From a virus: DNA of 64,000 nt. The DNA is taken from positions 34,217 to 98,216 of IMG/VR virus record IMGVR_UViG_3300047160_015156. One strand, written 5' to 3'. Positions 38,152 through 48,469 of the stretch are shown here, piece by piece. Position 1 is the first letter of the stretch. Every line of letters starts with the position of its first letter. Both the position numbers and the translations under genes were made by a program. The notes beneath the pieces are model-generated. The model saw nothing but the letters and a program-made list of their open reading frames with translations, was not told the origin of the DNA and did not search any database.

Positions 38152-38462
38152 ATGATCTGAACTCGAAGATGGATGAGGTCAGGAAAGAAGCGGCTCGAGT
38201 GGATCTCTGTTTTTGTCCCGACAATTACGCCGTTCTTTTAGAACAGATCTGTCTCGACTACGGAATCTTCGAACCCGGTGGAAGTATGGATGGGTTAGCT
38301 GATCTTCGAAAGGGTTGGCGTGCGTCCGTCTCGCATCGCGAGAACAGCCGCGATGATGTGATCGAGGAGACGTACGACGCTAGGAATACGCCGGAGGAGG
38401 CTTTGGAGCTGTTGCTTCAGCAACTTCGAGAACTCCCCACTGTTCGTGACATGGAACCTTGA
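38148..38462 (+). CDS. hypothetical protein
   Basis: ATGA overlap. Confidence 0.5.
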   Translation: MNDLNSKMDEVRKEAARVDLCFCPDNYAVLLEQICLDYGIFEPGGSMDGLADLRKGWRASVSHRENSRDDVIEETYDARNTPEEALELLLQQLRELPTVRDMEP

Positions 38463-38495
38463 TCGCCTCTGTCGCGGTGATTCTAGGAGGAGACG

Positions 38496-38711
38496 ATGAG
38501 CGTCAAGATCACACACGTGTGCGATGAGTGCGGTTTCGAGCGAACACACCCGTTCGAGTTCTCGGTTGCGGGAACTGAGAAGCATGCGCCCGTCGCATTC
38601 TCCGCATGTACCGCTGCATGCATGGCCGCGCTCTACCGCAAGCGCGCCGAGCTCCTGGCACCCGAGCACGAGGGGACGAAGAAGCCGTTCAAGCTGAAGG
38701 ACCAGCCGTGA
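38496..38711 (+). CDS. small zinc-finger protein
   Basis: CDEC...CTAAC; AGGAGG RBS. Confidence 0.6.
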   Translation: MSVKITHVCDECGFERTHPFEFSVAGTEKHAPVAFSACTAACMAALYRKRAELLAPEHEGTKKPFKLKDQP

Positions 38712-39119
38712 AGCGCTTCGTGTCCTGGGTCATCGTCCTGGCGGTTGCTGAGTTGATGCTCGACGCCATCACGTTCGGGATCGCCAAGGACGACCCGCAT
38801 GGGTTCGCGTGGAAGTGGGCATGTGGTCACCTCATCGTCCTCGCCTTCCTCGCGTTCATGTGGGCATCAAACAATCTCCTCACCCACGATCGAGGCAGGT
38901 GGTGAAGCCGTTCACGCGCGAGGAGCTCCTTCGCATCGCCCAACGCTGCGATCGTCAGCGCATCAACCAAGGCTTCGAGATGCCTCAACCCCTGCTCGCC
39001 GATCGCTCCTATATCTGCGGCGGTGAGTACGTGAGGCCGGAGGAGATGGTGCATCGCCTCGCTGTCGCGCTCGCGGCTATGCGTGTGGCCGTGGGTTTGG
39101 ATGAGGTCGGGGAGCTCGA

Positions 39120-39929
39120 ATGATCGCTCACCTCCTTGCTGCAATCGCGAGCGCCCTCGTCTTCGGCGTCATCGTTTGGCAGGACGGATTCCAACTCTCG
39201 AACGATGGCCGGCGCTACACGGGTCAGTGGTCGCATCCACCGCCCTTCCATCGGCGCTTTCACCATTGGACGCCTCGAGCCCTGCGCATCGCCACTGTCC
39301 TCGCCTTCGTCGTCATAGGTGCCACCTTTGATGACTGGCGAGCTGCGGTCATGGTCGCCACGTGCTCCGGAGCGATCTTCTGCGCCTCGTATCTGACCGT
39401 GGACGCGCCCGCGATTGCCCTGGCATGGACCGCTGCCCTTGCCTGGCACGCCGATGGGTGGTGGCGAGCGCTCGCCATCATCCTGACCTTTGCCTCGGGC
39501 GTCCTACATGAACGTGGGCCCGTCTTTGCCGCCGTCTACGCCTGGCACCCAATCCTCCTCATCGGGCTCGCGGGCGTGGCTTGGGACGCGGACACGGACC
39601 CTCGCGACGGTGATCCCTACGTCGGACATCCGACGATCAGGGAAGCGATCAAGTTTCATCGCGACGTCAAGGCCCAAGACCTCCTCGACATAAAGTCAGT
39701 TTTTATTCCCTTGCGCTCGCTCGTCATGGCACCCGCTGTTTTTGGGGCAGAGCCAAGGACGTGGGCAGCGCTGGCCCTCGCTTACGCCTCGCGCATCCTC
39801 GGCACCGACCCTGGACGATTCATGTGGTGGGCGGCGCCTCCGCTTGCCTATGACTTCGCGCATCGCGGCGGCTACTACATCCCGATCGCGCTCGCGCTCC
39901 ACATTGCCACCATGAAGCGAATGCCATGA
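39120..39929 (+). CDS. multi-pass membrane protein, possibly a GT-C-like glycosyltransferase
   Basis: Many hydrophobic segments; NDGRRY and PFHRR loop after TM1. Confidence 0.55.
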   Translation: MIAHLLAAIASALVFGVIVWQDGFQLSNDGRRYTGQWSHPPPFHRRFHHWTPRALRIATVLAFVVIGATFDDWRAAVMVATCSGAIFCASYLTVDAPAIALAWTAALAWHADGWWRALAIILTFASGVLHERGPVFAAVYAWHPILLIGLAGVAWDADTDPRDGDPYVGHPTIREAIKFHRDVKAQDLLDIKSVFIPLRSLVMAPAVFGAEPRTWAALALAYASRILGTDPGRFMWWAAPPLAYDFAHRGGYYIPIALALHIATMKRMP

Positions 39930-40519
39930 CGGAGCCGGAAGAGGAGGACGAGAGCAACGCCGTGGAGTGGGAGACGCCTCCGCACTTCGGCGAATGGTTC
40001 GATTCGGAATGGGATGATCTGGAGGTTGATGCGTGACGAGACGTGGTGGACGTGAGGTCGAAGGCAACAAGGGCAGGCGCTACACGCGAGCGCCGTACGA
40101 GCGCAGGGATGGCGGAGGACGAAACGGCATGTTCGTTCCCGAGTACCGCTGGGATCATCTCGCCTTCTTCTTCCCACGGGATAGCTCGCGGCATCTGCCC
40201 CTAGGCGTCAGGATCGACAGACCGAGCACGCGCAGGGAGTGGAAGCACCCCGGGCGAAGGAATCGCGAGCGAGCTCGGATCAGGCGTAGGAGGCGAGCTC
40301 GGCTATGTGGACTCATGGGATGATCATCGTCGTTGGCGGTGAGGTGACGGCGGAAGTCTATGACCCGAAGTGGTGGAACCTCTGGGCCAAGCTGCGGTGG
40401 TGGCGGGCAAAGCGTAGGCACCTCGACCTCCACCTCGACCTCGCCGGCGGTCAGCACATCAACGCCATCGTCCTCGGCAGAGCCCAGCGCGTCATGCTGG
40501 GGGGAAGGAAGAGCCGGTC

Positions 40520-41308
40520 ATGATCTCGTTCTTCATGCGAGCGCGTGACGAGGAGCGGGTCATCGGCGGATGTCTGAGCTCCCTCGAGCGGGTGACGGGA
40601 GCGCAGATCGTGGTGTGCTTGGACCGGTGCCAGGACTGGACCACCAACATCGTCCGCGAGCGGCAACAGAAGCTCCCCGAGCGATACAAGGTCTTCGAGA
40701 ATCACGACCCGGTCTCGCGCGCGGGACTCGAGACACTCTGCACGCCGGCGCAGTCCCCTCGCTCTCTCGCGACCTTCATGACGAACATCCACAACGTCTG
40801 CGATCAGCCGTGGTCGTTTCATGTGGGTGCGGACTTCATCCTCTCCGCCGAGCTCATCGACTTCCTCAACTCGGGCGCGCTCAAGGCCTTCAAGGGTAAG
40901 CTGACCGCGCTCCGCATTCCCTGCGTCGCCCCGATCGACGGTATCCGAAACTGCGAGCTCTACCTCTCGAATTGCTTGGTCGCGTTCGGCAAGCACGTGT
41001 TTTGGGAAGTGCCTCTTTTCCCGGGACATATGAAGGAGTTCCCGATCCGCGAAGAGATCCGGCACATGTCGAGACTGGCGGTGATGAAACCGTACTGGAA
41101 CGACAAGCCTTGGTTTCAGTACCCCATCGCCATCAACGACACCGAGGCCCTCTCGATCCGGGCGAAGTACGACTACGCCTCCACCATCCTCGGCCCCGAG
41201 CCCAGAGGTGTTGCGCGTGGCTCGAACCCCGAGTGCACGCCCTATGAGAGACGGGTGCACGAAAGCAGGGAATTGCTCGAGTCGCGCGGCATCTCTTTCT
41301 TTGCATGA
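40520..41308 (+). CDS. glycosyltransferase family 2
   Basis: ARDEERVIGGCLSSL, LDRCQDWT, degenerate DxD (GADF). Confidence 0.7.
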   Translation: MISFFMRARDEERVIGGCLSSLERVTGAQIVVCLDRCQDWTTNIVRERQQKLPERYKVFENHDPVSRAGLETLCTPAQSPRSLATFMTNIHNVCDQPWSFHVGADFILSAELIDFLNSGALKAFKGKLTALRIPCVAPIDGIRNCELYLSNCLVAFGKHVFWEVPLFPGHMKEFPIREEIRHMSRLAVMKPYWNDKPWFQYPIAINDTEALSIRAKYDYASTILGPEPRGVARGSNPECTPYERRVHESRELLESRGISFFA

Positions 41309-41335
41309 AACCGATCGAGTCGAGAGGAGCCGGAA

Positions 41336-41566
41336 GTGAGTGAGGGGCAGCTACCGTCCTGGTTCCACGCCCCAACCCTTAGACGCTCCAAGGACGAGCC
41401 CTGGCGTGATGTCGCCGCACGCTACGCCAAGCCGCATGGACAGGCGGTCGTGGATGAAGTCCTCGAAGTCTATGACCGTATCCTCCTCGAGCTCGGCGAC
41501 GAGTATCGAGCGGCCTGGACAGCGCTCCACGACTGCAACGCTCTTGAGTTCCCGAGGAGATCATGA
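41336..41566 (+). CDS. hypothetical protein
   Basis: ORF in operon. Confidence 0.5.
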   Translation: MSEGQLPSWFHAPTLRRSKDEPWRDVAARYAKPHGQAVVDEVLEVYDRILLELGDEYRAAWTALHDCNALEFPRRS

Positions 41567-42177
41567 ACCACACCGAGCTCTGTCACATGGCGGCGAAGTG
41601 GGTGCGTAAGCGCCGCGGATGCTCGGTCGTCCTCGTGGACGTGAAGACGATCTCGACGAACGAGCAACCTGACGTCATCGGCTGGACCAACGGCGGTCAC
41701 TCGGTGCTCGTGGAGGTCAAGGTCAGCGTCTCCGACTACCTCCGCGACCACAAGAAACGGTTCCGGAAGCTGGGCAGGGGCATGGGGCGCGAGCGTTGGT
41801 ACGCGTTCCCCAAGGGCATGTGGGAGAAGGTGCCGGAGAAGGATCGCAAGCTCCTTCCGACCTCTCTCGAGAATGTACTCGTGGGGCAGTGGGGTGTCAT
41901 CGAGTTCGCCGAGAACAAGCGTACGAACATCATCTCCAAAGCCCACTGTTACAGCGAGTGTGCGACGTACGAGGAGAAGCGTCTTCTCATCACGAGCGTG
42001 CGACGAGTCACCGAGGGATGGGGTAGGGGCATGATCGAAGGCGTCCCCTCGGACCTCATGGCCTACGGGGACAAGCATCCTGCCAACCGCATCCGTGAGC
42101 TTGAGGCTGAAGCGCGCAGGCTGACGAACGAGCTCGCGAAGTTCAACGCCTACAACGGGACTGGCGTCCCGACATGA
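41563..42177 (+). CDS. PD-(D/E)xK (MmcB-like) nuclease
   Basis: EQPDVIGW, VEVKVSVSDYLRD..K. Confidence 0.7.
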   Translation: MNHTELCHMAAKWVRKRRGCSVVLVDVKTISTNEQPDVIGWTNGGHSVLVEVKVSVSDYLRDHKKRFRKLGRGMGRERWYAFPKGMWEKVPEKDRKLLPTSLENVLVGQWGVIEFAENKRTNIISKAHCYSECATYEEKRLLITSVRRVTEGWGRGMIEGVPSDLMAYGDKHPANRIRELEAEARRLTNELAKFNAYNGTGVPT

Positions 42178-42196
42178 GACGGACAACGCTGAGCGC

Positions 42197-42373
42197 ATGC
42201 CCTACAAGAGCGACAAGCAACGGCGCTATATGCACGCGGCCGCGGAGCGGGGCGACATCTCTGAGTCAGTTGTCGACGAATTCGACAAGGCCAGCAAGGG
42301 CAAGAAGCTCCCCGAATCCGCTCCCAGCGCCAAGGGCAAGGCGGCATCCGTGAAGCGATGGGCGAGCTCGTAA
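42197..42373 (+). CDS. small basic phage protein (58 aa, below the ORF-track cutoff)
   Basis: MPYKSDKQRRYMHA...EFDKASKGKKLPE, translated by hand. Confidence 0.7.
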   Translation: MPYKSDKQRRYMHAAAERGDISESVVDEFDKASKGKKLPESAPSAKGKAASVKRWASS

Positions 42374-42747
42374 AGGGTAAGGAGCGGGGCTTTTTCTGCG
42401 AGGTCTGCGGTTCGTTCTCGCACGACGTGTTCTACTGCATCATGTGCGAACCCCCGGACACGCTCCGGGAACCGCCGGGCCCGAAGTGGTGGGGACAGCC
42501 GCGAAGGGGTGTTCTCGCGCGCAGGCACCTCACGGACGAGGCGATTGCTGCCCTACCGCCACCCCAACCCAGGGCGAAGCGCGGAGAGCAGGAAGAGGCA
42601 CCCTCGCCCTCGGAAACGAGGATCCTTCATCGGATGATGGACGCGATTCGAGAGATGCTGGACCTCGAGCCGCTCTACAACAAGAAGCCAAGGGGTCCGA
42701 ATCCACCGTCCTTCTACGATGAGAAAGAGGGCGCGTGGAAGCAGTGA
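42358..42747 (+). CDS. hypothetical protein
   Basis: ATG 9 nt after GCGGCATC; CEVC/CIMC. Confidence 0.55.
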   Translation: MGELVKGKERGFFCEVCGSFSHDVFYCIMCEPPDTLREPPGPKWWGQPRRGVLARRHLTDEAIAALPPPQPRAKRGEQEEAPSPSETRILHRMMDAIREMLDLEPLYNKKPRGPNPPSFYDEKEGAWKQ

Positions 42748-42912
42748 GGAGAATGCGGCATCCTGTAGTTGCCTTGGCGTCACCAGGGAAGTGTCGCGTA
42801 CCCCCGAGGTAGCCGAGGGGTCCCTGTCTCCGCTCCCCTCTCCAAGTCCGGGGATCAGTAGGAAGAAGGGGGTACGCGATGCGCTTTTACCCACACCGCG
42901 TCATGGTAGGGC

Positions 42913-44556
42913 ATGTCCCTTACCGCGCTGATCCAGTTCACGCAGGGCGCGACTGTTGGGCTTCCTGGACAAGCTCTCGTCGGGAGTGACGGGAGCTCTG
43001 TCACTGCTACGGCGATCATCGGCGGCGGTTCGAGCTCGGGTCTCACCTACCGATGGACGTGGGTTGACACTCCGCCGGGCTCTTCGATCCCGGTCGGCGA
43101 GATTGTCGAGGGCGCGGTCTCCTCGGTCTCGTTCACGCCGGACATCCACGGTGACTTCCTCCTAAGGCTCGAGGTCTTCGGGCCGGGTGGTGTCTCGGCC
43201 AAAGACAACCGAGTCTTCCGCGTCATCCGTGTCACCGGTCGTGCGATCCCGGCTTTCAATGCCGACGCCACCTCGCTCAACTTCGGCGGTCAGCTCCGTG
43301 GGTGGGCGCCGGACATGGAGGTTTGGCTCAACTTTCTGGACATGCTCGTCGCCGGAGGTGTCATCCTCTCGGGGTCGGGCGTGCCGAGCTCGGGCCTCGG
43401 GAACGATGGCGACTTCTACATCCGAACCTCGACCTTCGATCTCTACAAGAAGGTGACGGGCGCGTGGGTGCTTCAGACGAGCCTCATCGGTGCCACGGGC
43501 GCAACAGGTCCCGCGGGGGCCACGGGCGCAACTGGTTCCAAAGGAAACACGGGGTCAACGGGATCGACTGGATCTACGGGTGCTACAGGAACTCAGGGTT
43601 CGACGGGAGCAACGGGATCGGGAACTACGGGTGCGACTGGAGCTTCGGGTCAAGGAGCGACCGGTTCTACGGGTGCGGGCACTACGGGTGCCACCGGCGC
43701 CACGGGTTCGGTGGGCGCATCGGGTTCGCCGGGAGGAGCCACGGGTGCCACGGGTTCTTCTGGAGCTACCGGGGCTACGGGAGCGGGAGCTACCGGCGCG
43801 ACCGGCGCCTCCGTTACGGATAACACCTACGACACTTACGCGAATCTTCCGGCGGCGGGTTCCACGGGAAAGCTCTACATCGTCAGCGACGGCGGGCGGA
43901 TGCTTGTCGACACCGGATCGGTGTGGCGCCCGATGATCAACGGCATCCCCGGATATCTGCCCCCGACCGCATCGAACTTCACGGTGCGCTCCCACGGCGG
44001 GATCGCGACGACTCTCACCGACGACCACGGTGCGCTGACCATGACGTTCAGCAACTCCGGCGCCGCGGCCGAGGAAGTCCGAATCGCATCGAAGGCGGCG
44101 CCGGGTACGCCTTACCGCGTCGAGGTGCATCTTCGACCGCTCTACGCCAGTCGCGGGACGCTGCTCGCGGGTATTGGGTTCCGCAACTCCACAAGCGGAA
44201 GCGTGGAGCTTTGGGCACTCGAATCCGCGGCTGGTGCAGTGGCACACGTGGCCAGGCACAGGGCGACCGCGAATAACAACGGCACGAGCCCGACGTACAC
44301 GTTCAGCGCGGAAACCTCTGGCGTCATCGCGCCGGGCCTTGGCGAATCCGTGTGGCTCGCGATCTCCAACGACGCGTCCGGCAACCGAGGGTTCGAGTGG
44401 TCCCCCGACGGCCTCAACTGGACGGTTTGCAGCCAAGTCGCCGTGGCGACGAACGCGTTCATCACGCCGGATGAGATCTGCCTCACCTCGTGGGTGTCGT
44501 CGGGCACCAACGGCGACAAGCAAGGCGCGATCTTCGACTCCTACCGGACGGCCTAA
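42913..44556 (+). CDS. fibre-like structural protein: Ig/PKD-like N-domain, collagen-like repeats, beta-rich C-domain
   Basis: [12 protein letters not shown]...FTPDIHGDF; [14 protein letters not shown]; G-A-T/G-S-T triplets. Confidence 0.75.
   Translation: MSLTALIQFTQGATVGLPGQALVGSDGSSVTATAIIGGGSSSGLTYRWTWVDTPPGSSIPVGEIVEGAVSSVSFTPDIHGDFLLRLEVFGPGGVSAKDNRVFRVIRVTGRAIPAFNADATSLNFGGQLRGWAPDMEVWLNFLDMLVAGGVILSGSGVPSSGLGNDGDFYIRTSTFDLYKKVTGAWVLQTSLIGATGATGPAGATGATGSKGNTGSTGSTGSTGATGTQGSTGATGSGTTGATGASGQGATGSTGAGTTGATGATGSVGASGSPGGATGATGSSGATGATGAGATGATGASVTDNTYDTYANLPAAGSTGKLYIVSDGGRMLVDTGSVWRPMINGIPGYLPPTASNFTVRSHGGIATTLTDDHGALTMTFSNSGAAAEEVRIASKAAPGTPYRVEVHLRPLYASRGTLLAGIGFRNSTSGSVELWALESAAGAVAHVARHRATANNNGTSPTYTFSAETSGVIAPGLGESVWLAISNDASGNRGFEWSPDGLNWTVCSQVAVATNAFITPDEICLTSWVSSGTNGDKQGAIFDSYRTA
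43489..43810 (+). repeat. collagen-like Gly-X-Thr/Ser coding repeats
   Basis: [17 protein letters not shown]... in the 42913 ORF. Confidence 0.85.
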
Positions 44557-45107
44557 TGCCCTACCTCCTCGGCGCGCCCTTCCTCGCGGTGGCCCCCATC
44601 ACCCCGGCGCTGACGGGCCTGCAGTTTCTGCTGCCTTCCACCGGCATCGTCGACGCGAACACGTGGACGTGCCCCGCGAGCTACTCGCAGTCGACGACTA
44701 TGACCGGGTCGTCGAGCAGCATCTACAACGTCACGATGCGAGTCGTCGGCGTCGTCGAGATCGCCAAGTACACCGGCGGGACGACAACCGGGTTTCTGAA
44801 CGTCGACGGCACCCCGGTCACGACCGGACTCTGGACCGGATCGAATATCTACAAGATCACCGTCTCGGACCCGGCGCACACGTACTACTTGAACCAAGGG
44901 CCGTGGGACGGATCGCAGCCCACGCCGATCGGGGTCGAGGACTACGACATCACGATCCCCATCCGCGGTGGTGCCACCGTGACCCTCAGCGCCGATTCTG
45001 GAGACAGCAAAGAGCGGCGGCACACACTTTCCGTGTCGGGGATCACCAACCCCGCGCAGCCCTATGTCGGTCAGTGGATCGACCTGATCGTGCTCAGCAT
45101 CACCTGA
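44556..45107 (+). CDS. Thr/Ser-rich beta protein, probably virion-associated
   Basis: TAATG coupling to the fibre gene; composition. Confidence 0.55.
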   Translation: MPYLLGAPFLAVAPITPALTGLQFLLPSTGIVDANTWTCPASYSQSTTMTGSSSSIYNVTMRVVGVVEIAKYTGGTTTGFLNVDGTPVTTGLWTGSNIYKITVSDPAHTYYLNQGPWDGSQPTPIGVEDYDITIPIRGGATVTLSADSGDSKERRHTLSVSGITNPAQPYVGQWIDLIVLSIT

Positions 45108-45153
45108 AGCGGAAAAGCGGTAAAACCATCGGGGTGTGACAAGGTAAGGGACG

Positions 45154-46122
45154 ATGAGCGTTCAAGCCTTGGTGCAGTTCAAGCAGGGCATGAGCACGGG
45201 TGTGCCGGGACAGGCCTACATCGGCGTCCTGACTACGCCGGTCACGATTGTAAACTCAGGTGCAGGTGACCCCATCCTCCACTACACGTGGACGTGGGTG
45301 GACGTTCCCCACACCTCCGCCATCCCCCGCGGTATCATCACGCAAGGCAACGTTCCTCAGGTCACGTTCGTACCGGATGTGGTCGGGGACTACCACATCG
45401 AGCTCCATGTCATCGGGATCGACGGTGCCTTCTCCACCGATCGCCGTGTCTTCCGTGTCGTGAGGGTGAGTGGTCGTGCCATTCCCGCTTTCGACGCTGA
45501 AGCGCCCGCGATGAACTTCGGTGGCCGAGCTCGAGGATGGGCGGTCGATCTCGAGGTGTGGCTGGAGTACCTCGACTCCCTCGTGCTCCCGACTCCGGGG
45601 GGAATGGCGGGCTACGTCCAATTCGACGATTCGGGAAGTTTTGGTGGGACGTCACTCCTTACGGTTACGGGTTCGCCGGCCTTCCTCACGTTCACGGGCA
45701 AGAGCCTACATGAGGAGGACTACAATCGTTTCGTGGTCAACGGTGCCTCGGGTTCAGAGGCGCGCTCGTACTGGTTCGACACCCAGACCACGGACGCGAG
45801 CGCGCATGTCCTCGGAGCCATCTCGCTCCCGGCGGCGACGTACGGGGATTGCATCATTACGCTCGTGTGCGAGGCCAGCGTAAGGCACTCGGGCGGCGGC
45901 GGGAACAGGGCGCTCAAGGCGAGCTACCGACGCGCTTCGGGGACGCTGACGAAGATTGGAGAGACCGACCTCTCTTCGAGCACGCACTGGACGGGTACAG
46001 TGGTCGCCGACATGTCGACGTCGAATCCGGACAACGACACGATCGACATCAACGGAACCGGGATCGCGGTTACGAACGTGCGCTGGTTCCCGTCAGTGCA
46101 CGTGATCTTGGCCAAGTCCTGA
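45154..46122 (+). CDS. structural protein whose N-domain is paralogous to 42913
   Basis: AL.QF.QG...G.PGQA, WTWVD.P, RVFRV.RV.GRAIPAF.A.A...NFGG..RGWA.D.EVWL shared. Confidence 0.75.
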   Translation: MSVQALVQFKQGMSTGVPGQAYIGVLTTPVTIVNSGAGDPILHYTWTWVDVPHTSAIPRGIITQGNVPQVTFVPDVVGDYHIELHVIGIDGAFSTDRRVFRVVRVSGRAIPAFDAEAPAMNFGGRARGWAVDLEVWLEYLDSLVLPTPGGMAGYVQFDDSGSFGGTSLLTVTGSPAFLTFTGKSLHEEDYNRFVVNGASGSEARSYWFDTQTTDASAHVLGAISLPAATYGDCIITLVCEASVRHSGGGGNRALKASYRRASGTLTKIGETDLSSSTHWTGTVVADMSTSNPDNDTIDINGTGIAVTNVRWFPSVHVILAKS

Positions 46123-46159
46123 ACATCGATGTTCAGGGATCCGCGGCATTCTCTCCCCT

Positions 46160-46459
46160 ATGGGAAAGCACCGCAAAAAGGAGCCGGGTACTCGTCACCT
46201 CTCGGAAGTGGTGATCTCCATCCTCAACCTCCCGGGGAGTCAGTGCGAGATCTCCCTCAAGGACAAGAGCTCCTTTTTCGCCTGCGTGGGCGAGCGCTGC
46301 GACGATGAGGTCAGCGTCTACCTGACCCCCTGGGGCTACTCTCGCCCCATCAAGGTCGCGCTCGAGGACATCTCCAACGCCGTCATCCGCGACGTCCCGA
46401 TGTGGAGCATGTACCGCGAGATCTGCAAGAAGCAGCGCGAGCGGCGCCTTGGAGGGTGA
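46160..46459 (+). CDS. hypothetical protein
   Basis: ATG 9 nt after GCGGCATT. Confidence 0.55.
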   Translation: MGKHRKKEPGTRHLSEVVISILNLPGSQCEISLKDKSSFFACVGERCDDEVSVYLTPWGYSRPIKVALEDISNAVIRDVPMWSMYREICKKQRERRLGG

Positions 46460-46477
46460 TGCAGCATCATCCCCCGC

Positions 46478-47596
46478 ATGAGGCTGCATCTACTCGCTCT
46501 CCCACACACCCGACTCGATGAAGACCACCTCTCATGCGCGTACACGCAGAAAGTGGTCAAGTTCCTGAACATGATGGCCGGGCTCCATGAGATCTATCTC
46601 TACGGCCCGGAGATCATCCCCCTCGCGAACGGCCACACTGACCACATCGTGTGCGTGCAAGAGAGCGAGCGTGCGGCGTGGTTTGGCGCTCAACCCTTCA
46701 ACACCGTGAACTCGGGTGCGTTCAATTGGGATGGGCGTTCGGCGTGGTGGCAGAAGTTCGCCGAACGCGCGATCCCGGCTATCAAGGAGCGGGCACAACA
46801 AGGGGACATCGTCCTCGTCACGAGCGGCGGTGACACCCAGATGATGATCGCGAATGCAGTCGCCGACCGATGCAAGATCGTGGAATGGGCGGTCGGGTAT
46901 GAGGGTGTGGTCGCCGACTTCTGCGCGTTCGAAAGCTATGCGTGGATGCACCACGTATACGGGCTGAGGCAGTGGAGGAACGGGCGCGTTTTCGATCAGG
47001 TCATCCCGAACTACTTCGACGAAGCCGACTTCCTCCCACCTCGTGAGCCGGACTCGAAGCCGTACCTCCTCTTCCTCGGCCGCGTGCTTGCCCGCAAAGG
47101 CCCTCACATCGCCGCGCAGATCGCAGCGCGCTTGGGGATGAAGCTTGTGGTAGCTGGTCCGGGAGCCATCCAAGCGGGCACGGGCGGTCGCATCTACGGC
47201 GAGGGCGTCGTTCTCGAGGATGGGGAGCTCGAGTACGTGGGCGAGGTCGGCAAGGCCCAACGTGCCGAGCTCATCGCCGGCGCGGCGTGCATGCTCTCAC
47301 CGACGGTCTACGTGGAGCCGTTCGGGGGATCGGCGGTCGAGGCGATGATGGGCGGTTGCCCCGTCGTGGGCTCGGACTGGGGCGCGTTCACGGAGACGGT
47401 GACGAAGGAGACGGGGCGAACCTTCCGCACGATGCGCCAGGCGTGTATGGCCGTGATCGAGGCCATGACCTTGGACCGCAACGAGGTCGCTCGCGTCGCC
47501 CGCGCGAAGTACTCCCTCGATGCCGTGCGGCCGCGATTCGAGCGTTGGTTCGAGCAGATTCAAACGCTCTGGGGACCGGGATACTACGCGAAGTGA
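46478..47596 (+). CDS. GT4 (GT-B) glycosyltransferase
   Basis: LFLGRVLARKG, EPFGGSAVEAMMGGCPVVGSDWGAFTE. Confidence 0.9.
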   Translation: MRLHLLALPHTRLDEDHLSCAYTQKVVKFLNMMAGLHEIYLYGPEIIPLANGHTDHIVCVQESERAAWFGAQPFNTVNSGAFNWDGRSAWWQKFAERAIPAIKERAQQGDIVLVTSGGDTQMMIANAVADRCKIVEWAVGYEGVVADFCAFESYAWMHHVYGLRQWRNGRVFDQVIPNYFDEADFLPPREPDSKPYLLFLGRVLARKGPHIAAQIAARLGMKLVVAGPGAIQAGTGGRIYGEGVVLEDGELEYVGEVGKAQRAELIAGAACMLSPTVYVEPFGGSAVEAMMGGCPVVGSDWGAFTETVTKETGRTFRTMRQACMAVIEAMTLDRNEVARVARAKYSLDAVRPRFERWFEQIQTLWGPGYYAK

Positions 47597-47624
47597 GCGG
47601 CATCTTTCACCCGCGAGGACACGA

Positions 47625-47858
47625 ATGAAAAAGGCAGAGTATGAGCACAAGGTCCATGAGCTCATCGACTTGGACCCGGAGAAGGAACAGTCATGGCTCA
47701 ACGCCCTCGGCCTCCTCGGGTGGCAACTCGTCGCCATGACCCCGACCGGGAGCATCCGGCGGCGCTTCTACCTCAAGAGGCGCAAGGTGTCGCTTCCGGA
47801 GCCGAAGGTGAAGCCTCCGCTCCCTCCACCGCCCCCACCCCGGAGGACCCGAGGATGA
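47625..47858 (+). CDS. DUF4177-like small protein
   Basis: YEHKV...LNALGLLGWQLV...YLKR. Confidence 0.65.
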   Translation: MKKAEYEHKVHELIDLDPEKEQSWLNALGLLGWQLVAMTPTGSIRRRFYLKRRKVSLPEPKVKPPLPPPPPPRRTRG

Positions 47859-48058
47859 GCAAGGAGCTCGAACGTCTTCTCCTGTCCCTGCCCAATTGCG
47901 CTGTTCGTCGCGCTTGGATGCCTGATGGGATGACTCCGATCGAGGGTGCCTACTTCGTCGTGAAGGGAAACCCGGAGACGGGGGGCGTGGACTACATCGC
48001 GCAGTGTCTCTCAGAGGAAGCTGCGTGCGCGGTGCTCCGCCTGCAGTGCATCCGGTGA
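47855..48058 (+). CDS. hypothetical protein
   Basis: ATGA overlap. Confidence 0.5.
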   Translation: MSKELERLLLSLPNCAVRRAWMPDGMTPIEGAYFVVKGNPETGGVDYIAQCLSEEAACAVLRLQCIR

Positions 48059-48253
48059 GCTTGCCTACGACGCATGTATTCACGTGGAAGCTACCGGAGC
48101 AATTCGGATTCCACGAGCGACTTTGCACGGATCCGGACCGGGGTGAGGAGCGGATCTACCACGCGAAGCCGACGCGCTTTCTCTGCGGAGATTGCGTGTG
48201 CTTTGCCTGCGGTTCTCTCTGCGCCCCTCGGGGAAAACGAAAGGAGGCGTGAG

Positions 48254-48448
48254 ATGGGATACGCATGGAAGGTTTTGCTGTTTTTCGGGTCGAATGGAGC
48301 GGTGTGCGCCATCGCTTCCTACGCCTACGTGCGCGGGGGATGGGAGGTTTGGCTCGGAGCTCTCCTCTGTCTCTCGATCATCCGCGTCGATCAGATGGTC
48401 ACGCTCCGGGAGCGCCTCGAGCTCGAAAACAATCAGCGTCTACGGTAA
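48254..48448 (+). CDS. small membrane protein
   Basis: Two hydrophobic segments; AAGGAGG RBS. Confidence 0.5.
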   Translation: MGYAWKVLLFFGSNGAVCAIASYAYVRGGWEVWLGALLCLSIIRVDQMVTLRERLELENNQRLR

Positions 48449-48469
48449 AAGCCGCGGCATCTTCGAGGT

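Noticed and set aside
42913-46122. Diversity-generating retroelement (template/variable repeat pair)
   Set aside because: The similarity is N-terminal protein-level paralogy rather than adenine-specific variation, and no reverse transcriptase is present in the window.
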